From the NCBI GenBank assembly GCA_963666285.1, contig OY762711.1: a stretch of 64,000 nucleotides of DNA; one strand, 5' to 3'. This document shows positions 59,695-64,000 of the stretch, piece after piece (within the stretch, counting starts at the first letter, position 1; each line of letters opens with the position of its first letter). Under the pieces are notes generated by a model. It saw only the letters and a program-made list of their open reading frames with translations, searched no databases and was not told the DNA's origin. A program made the translations under genes and the position numbers. This DNA is from Sedimentisphaerales bacterium. Lineage in GTDB: Bacteria > Planctomycetota > Phycisphaerae > Sedimentisphaerales > SM23-30.

Positions 59695-60888
59695 TTACAT
59701 CTTATTCCATTTATGAGCCAGGATAACCACTCCGTCAACGTTATGTCCCCCAATTACCTGTATTATTTTGGCATTACTATATATGCAGTACATTGAGAAA
59801 CTATCTTGATCCAATACTGCAAAATTTAAATTATAAGTATTTGGCAGCAAATTGATTTTAGGGAAAACTATTTCAATAGTACCTTTTCCATGGAGGGTTC
59901 CAAAGTTGACATCATCGAGATTACTTCTAATGCTACATATGTGTATTCCTTCGCTATTTGTAATATATATAACAAATACTGGGTTGTCTATGCATTTGAT
60001 AAAGTTATAATTGATATGTACACAGAGGTCTTCTTCTGGGTTCAATTTATTTGTCTTATTTTCATTTACAAATGTTTCAATGCTTTCGATAATAACTTCA
60101 CCTGTATTGTTCATTTTCTTTGAAACAAAGTTAGAGCAGATTTCTTTATATTTGTCTATAGCTTCTATAGATGGCAGTTGCTGTATGGCTTTGCCTTTTT
60201 GCAGGACTATTACAGAAGAACATAGGTGATTAACCAGATTCATATTATGAGATATGAAGATTATTGACGTTCCTCTGTTAACTAATTCCATTATTCTATT
60301 TCGACATTTTGCCTGGAAAGCAAGGTCGCCAACAGCAAGTACTTCATCAACGAGCAATATATCTGGGTCAAGATGAGCTGCAATACTAAACCCTAACCTT
60401 ACTCTCATGCCTGAACTATAGTTTTTTACCGGAGTATCAAGGAATTCTTCCAATCCGGAGAATTCTACAATATTGTTAAATTGTCTATCAATTTCAGTTT
60501 TGCTTAATCCGAGTATTGAACCATTTATATATATATTTTCTCGACCGGTAAGTATTGGCTGGAAGCCGGCTCCAACTTCGATTAATGCTCCCATTCTTCC
60601 TTTGTAAGAAATTGAACCTTTGTCTGGTTTGATTATTCCATTAAGCATTTTTAAAAGGGTGCTTTTCCCTGCGCCATTTGGGCCAATAATACCAATACAT
60701 TCGCCACGTTTTAGATCAAAACTTATATCAGAGACTGACCAGAATTCATTTTTTCTGAGCTTGTTGTGATTTGTGGGTATTGCTAAGGCGTCTTTTATAA
60801 TATCGAAACAACCATACATCATAGACCTTTTAAGGTCTCGACAATATTTCTTACTTAAATTATTAACTTTTAATATGATTTCACTCAA
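59695..60888 (-). CDS. wzt: Polysaccharide ABC transporter ATPase with C-terminal Wzt domain
   Basis: GPNGAGKSTL, YSSGMRVRLGF, DEVLAVGD. Confidence 0.92.
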   Translation of the reverse strand: MSEIILKVNNLSKKYCRDLKRSMMYGCFDIIKDALAIPTNHNKLRKNEFWSVSDISFDLKRGECIGIIGPNGAGKSTLLKMLNGIIKPDKGSISYKGRMGALIEVGAGFQPILTGRENIYINGSILGLSKTEIDRQFNNIVEFSGLEEFLDTPVKNYSSGMRVRLGFSIAAHLDPDILLVDEVLAVGDLAFQAKCRNRIMELVNRGTSIIFISHNMNLVNHLCSSVIVLQKGKAIQQLPSIEAIDKYKEICSNFVSKKMNNTGEVIIESIETFVNENKTNKLNPEEDLCVHINYNFIKCIDNPVFVIYITNSEGIHICSIRSNLDDVNFGTLHGKGTIEIVFPKINLLPNTYNLNFAVLDQDSFSMYCIYSNAKIIQVIGGHNVDGVVILAHKWNKM

Positions 60889-60923
60889 GGCAGATTTACC
60901 CTCAGATATTAATTTTGACTTTA

Positions 60924-61748
60924 CTATACTCTTTCAGCAATCCTTGGAATAGCAATTCTGAAGAATCTCCAGCCAGTAAGAAAGATGATTATACTTATTA
61001 TGCAAAGAAATGTTAGTGATTTTGGATTAGAAATGGTTCCATCAAATGCGAGACTTTTTATACTTATCACAAAAGTGCTTATTGGGTTGATATAATTGAG
61101 TTTACTTACGGATGGGCTAAATAATGCAGGTGTAAGCAACATGCCAAATGTTAACAGCAAACTTAACGAATTTGCTAAATCCCTGAAAACGCCGTTTATT
61201 AACGTAAGAAAAAAACCCAATCCGATTGTAAATAAGGAAAGAAAAAAAAGTACAACAGGAATATATAGTGCTTGCCAGGTCGGACAAATGCCATACCATA
61301 CATAAATAACTGCAATCAAAGGGATTCTGATGAGGAATTCAAACACAGATTCTCCAAAAGCTGCAAAGACTAGGGTTTCTCTACAAAAATTGATTTTGGT
61401 AATAATTGCTTGAGAATTTGCTAGGCATTGTGTTGTTCTTGTTAATCCTATAGAAAATAACTGCCAGCAGGTAATCCCGGTAATTACATACACTGGGTAG
61501 CTTATTTCGTCAGTGTTACCGATATTGATGATGTTGTTATTTTTTATGTAAGAAGCTGCAAATACAGTTGTTAAAGCTGGAATTATTGCCCAGATATATC
61601 CTAGAAAACTCTGTCTGTATTTCCCTGAAATTTCCCTAAGAAAAAAACATAAGACTAACTCTCGGCTGTTCCACAAGTCGTAGAACATGTTCTCTGTATA
61701 TTTTTGTTTGTCTGCGGAGTATTCTGTTATGCTGTGATGGTTAATCAT
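60924..61748 (-). CDS. wzm: Polysaccharide ABC transporter permease
   Basis: KYRQSFLGYIW, FRDL, NP motifs; about 6 TM segments. Confidence 0.9.
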   Translation of the reverse strand: MINHHSITEYSADKQKYTENMFYDLWNSRELVLCFFLREISGKYRQSFLGYIWAIIPALTTVFAASYIKNNNIINIGNTDEISYPVYVITGITCWQLFSIGLTRTTQCLANSQAIITKINFCRETLVFAAFGESVFEFLIRIPLIAVIYVWYGICPTWQALYIPVVLFFLSLFTIGLGFFLTLINGVFRDLANSLSLLLTFGMLLTPALFSPSVSKLNYINPISTFVISIKSLAFDGTISNPKSLTFLCIISIIIFLTGWRFFRIAIPRIAERV

Positions 61749-61933
61749 GTGATGTAAGTAATTATTATTAAATAACTTAGGTTAATATTGGTTGAAATCT
61801 GAGTGTTTACATGAATATATTATAGTAATTGCCAGAATTCATTTCAATTAAGATGTAAGTATAACTTAAAAAAAGATTTATTGTGTACTTTGTTTTTTTT
61901 CCTTTTAAAACAGTTAAAACGATAATAATAGGC

Positions 61934-61962
61934 TTGACTGAAAAGTAAAATTCATGTATATT
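61934..61962 (+). promoter_or_regulatory. Sigma70-like promoter upstream of the prepilin-like gene
   Basis: TTGACT-17 nt-TATATT. Confidence 0.5.
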
Positions 61963-62222
61963 TTAATAGCGTAAGGATGTATGAAAATATGTCCTGCGAA
62001 CGCCTGATTTTAACCCGCCTGTTTTCAGCGTGTGCAGGCATGCTGTACAATATTCATTATTGTATTTTGTTAAATGACGCTTATTTAAGCTGTTGTATTG
62101 CATGAGTTTAACGATGTGAGGTATTGTCTCTGTGTGGGAGGCACAACTGAAATTATATATTTATTATTCGAAATATATGCCTCGCTGTTCACAATAAAAT
62201 CCATTTTATGGAGGTTTTCATT

Positions 62223-63179
62223 ATGAAAAGAAAAGGTTTCACATTGATCGAGTTGCTGGTTGTTATCGGCATTATCGCTCTGTTGGTATCTATCCTGATG
62301 CCTGCTTTGAGCCGTGCTAAAGAACTGGCAAAAAGAACAGTTTGTTCTACAAACTTGAAAGGTATTGGTACTGCTACTGCAATTTATATGAATGATAATA
62401 AAGGTAGTGCTATGAGAGTTTGGAGAAGCAATGCAGCTAGTTCTGGTTTTGGTCTTGGTTTATACAATGCAGCTGAGCCTTACACTGCAAAGGGTAGATG
62501 GGCATCAACTACTTGGAATGACTGGGCAAACTATCAAACTGCTGGTGGTTGTTTATTCCTTCTGGTTAAATATGCTGATGTAACTCCCAAAAGCTTTATC
62601 TGCCCAAGTTCTGGTGATGTAGAAATGGAATTGCAATATGCAATCGATATAGATAATAATGTAGAAGACTGGACTGATTGCAAGGACTTTGCATCTGGAA
62701 CTACACTTAGTTATTCTTACAATGATCCTTGGAATAAGCTTTTGGATGATAGTTCTAGTGCTTCTCTTGTACTTGCAGCAGACAAAAACTATGCATTTGA
62801 TACAGATGATTTTACGCAAAGAGCAGACAGTATGAGTGTTTGTCCTGAGCCCAAAGGATGGAAAGATTCTGACAAGGATGGCGATCCTACTCAGTGGGAT
62901 TGGTCTCAGTGTAATACCGAAGGTCAATATTATTCGGGTAATTCAGAAAATCATCAGTTTGAAATGCAGAATGTTCTTTTTGCAGATACTCACGTAAAAG
63001 GTTCTACTCATCCTTGTGTTGGTGTTGCTGATGATAATATTTATACATATAGAGATAGTGGTAGGGCGTTTAATCAGCTATGGTCTCCGTTCATGATCGG
63101 TACATGGCAGCATTCAATTGGTTACGCAAGTCAAACAGATGGTACAAATCATCAGGATGATACTTATTTGGGGAACTAA
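62223..63179 (+). CDS. Prepilin-type N-terminal cleavage/methylation domain protein (DUF1559-like, H-X9-DG-like C-terminal motif)
   Basis: [51 protein letters not shown]. Confidence 0.9.
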   Translation: MKRKGFTLIELLVVIGIIALLVSILMPALSRAKELAKRTVCSTNLKGIGTATAIYMNDNKGSAMRVWRSNAASSGFGLGLYNAAEPYTAKGRWASTTWNDWANYQTAGGCLFLLVKYADVTPKSFICPSSGDVEMELQYAIDIDNNVEDWTDCKDFASGTTLSYSYNDPWNKLLDDSSSASLVLAADKNYAFDTDDFTQRADSMSVCPEPKGWKDSDKDGDPTQWDWSQCNTEGQYYSGNSENHQFEMQNVLFADTHVKGSTHPCVGVADDNIYTYRDSGRAFNQLWSPFMIGTWQHSIGYASQTDGTNHQDDTYLGN

Positions 63180-63211
63180 TTCCTAAAATAATTCCAATAA
63201 TAACAATATTT

Positions 63212-63253
63212 AATAGGTTGCTGATAAATCATGTCAGTAACCTATTATTTTTT
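63212..63253 (+). terminator. Terminator
   Basis: AATAGGTTGCTGA...TCAGTAACCTATT followed by a T-tract. Confidence 0.65.
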
Positions 63254-63351
63254 CTGGTGGTAGAATAAATAAATTGAATGTTTTTGCTAAACAATGCTGA
63301 ATTATGATGTTATTAAGAAGTTAAATAATTATGGTCAGGTTTGGTGGTAAT

Positions 63352-64000
63352 ATGAGTTTTGCAGATATTGATATTGAACTTTCTAATGTGAGGCAGGCAA
63401 TTGATAAGATGCCGGAATCTCTCTATGATTGGAGTTCGGTATACTTTGAAGAGCAGAAGAGAAGGTATCAATTAGATTGGAAACTGTTTTCTCAATATTA
63501 TTCATCTGGTAAGGTTTTAGAAGTTGGGGCATTGCCATTTCATTTTACAAGCATTCTCGCTCAAAAAAAAGTACCTTATGTTAGTATAGATTTAGCGCCT
63601 GAACGCGCTCAGTTTCTTGTTCAAGTAGAAAAGCTTAATGTTGTTAAGTGTAATATTGAACTTGAAGATTTGCCTTTTAAAGAGGAATTTGATTTTATTT
63701 TTTTTAATGAAATTTTTGAGCATTTAAGAATTAATCCAATTGAAGTAGTTGGAAAACTTTATTCTGTTTTGAAAAAAGATGGGCTGATTGTGTTAACAAC
63801 TCCAAATTTAAATGAGATATGTAAACGGCTTAAGCACTTGAAAGGGCATGATTTTGATGATCCTTATTTTGAGTTTTTAAAGTTGGATAGACTCGGTCAC
63901 ATGGGGCATGTGAGAGAATATACATTATCACAGGTATGTAAATTTTTAACTGCAAAGGGTTTTGAGATTGTAAATTATGAATTTAGAAGCTTCTATGATT
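63352..64000 (+). CDS. Class I SAM-dependent methyltransferase (partial, runs off window)
   Basis: Own translation: KVLEVGA..IDLAP..LPFKEEFDFIFFNEIFEHL..LKKDGLIVLTTPN. Confidence 0.85.
   Translation, partial: MSFADIDIELSNVRQAIDKMPESLYDWSSVYFEEQKRRYQLDWKLFSQYYSSGKVLEVGALPFHFTSILAQKKVPYVSIDLAPERAQFLVQVEKLNVVKCNIELEDLPFKEEFDFIFFNEIFEHLRINPIEVVGKLYSVLKKDGLIVLTTPNLNEICKRLKHLKGHDFDDPYFEFLKLDRLGHMGHVREYTLSQVCKFLTAKGFEIVNYEFRSFYD

Noticed and set aside
1..64000. tRNA or rRNA genes
   Set aside because: No cloverleaf or rRNA signature recognised by eye; a tRNAscan/Infernal run would be needed to exclude them

Overview
This is a bacterial chromosomal window. The gene repertoire (DUF1559-type prepilin, ECF sigma/FecR pair, giant GLUG proteins, dockerin-like C-termini, PEP-CTERM) suggests Planctomycetota, probably Phycisphaerae; that is inference, not a database result. 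From left to right: (1) a minus-strand Fe-S/metal cluster (PaaI, two NifB/NifX, Mrp, fused double P-loop/4Fe-4S ATPase, DUF5320, DUF89, DUF134, DUF2023, feoB, DtxR-FeoA) with visible operators; (2) a ~6 kb gene-poor region made of a ~470 bp leader and a mosaic array of hairpin/heptad modules, with two identical IS110-family (IS1111-type) elements inserted at the same motif and target-matching guides readable in their 3' non-coding region; (3) two giant GLUG/PASTA surface proteins, a radical SAM gene, a bacterial histone-fold protein with a Lys-rich N-terminal tail, an Amt-MCP fusion, an orphaned BlaI, two IS3 elements and an ECF-FecR-LamG unit; (4) an inverted second copy of the leader plus array at ~41.8-43.0 kb with modules in a different order; (5) PhnP-like hydrolase, subtilase, aldo-keto reductase, ArnT-like and PEP-CTERM genes, then a Wzm/Wzt glycan cluster, a prepilin-like gene and a partial methyltransferase. 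The most notable items are the leader-anchored shuffled non-coding arrays, the IS1111 bridge/seekRNA aimed at one array module, and the tailed histone. No tRNA, rRNA or canonical CRISPR array was seen.
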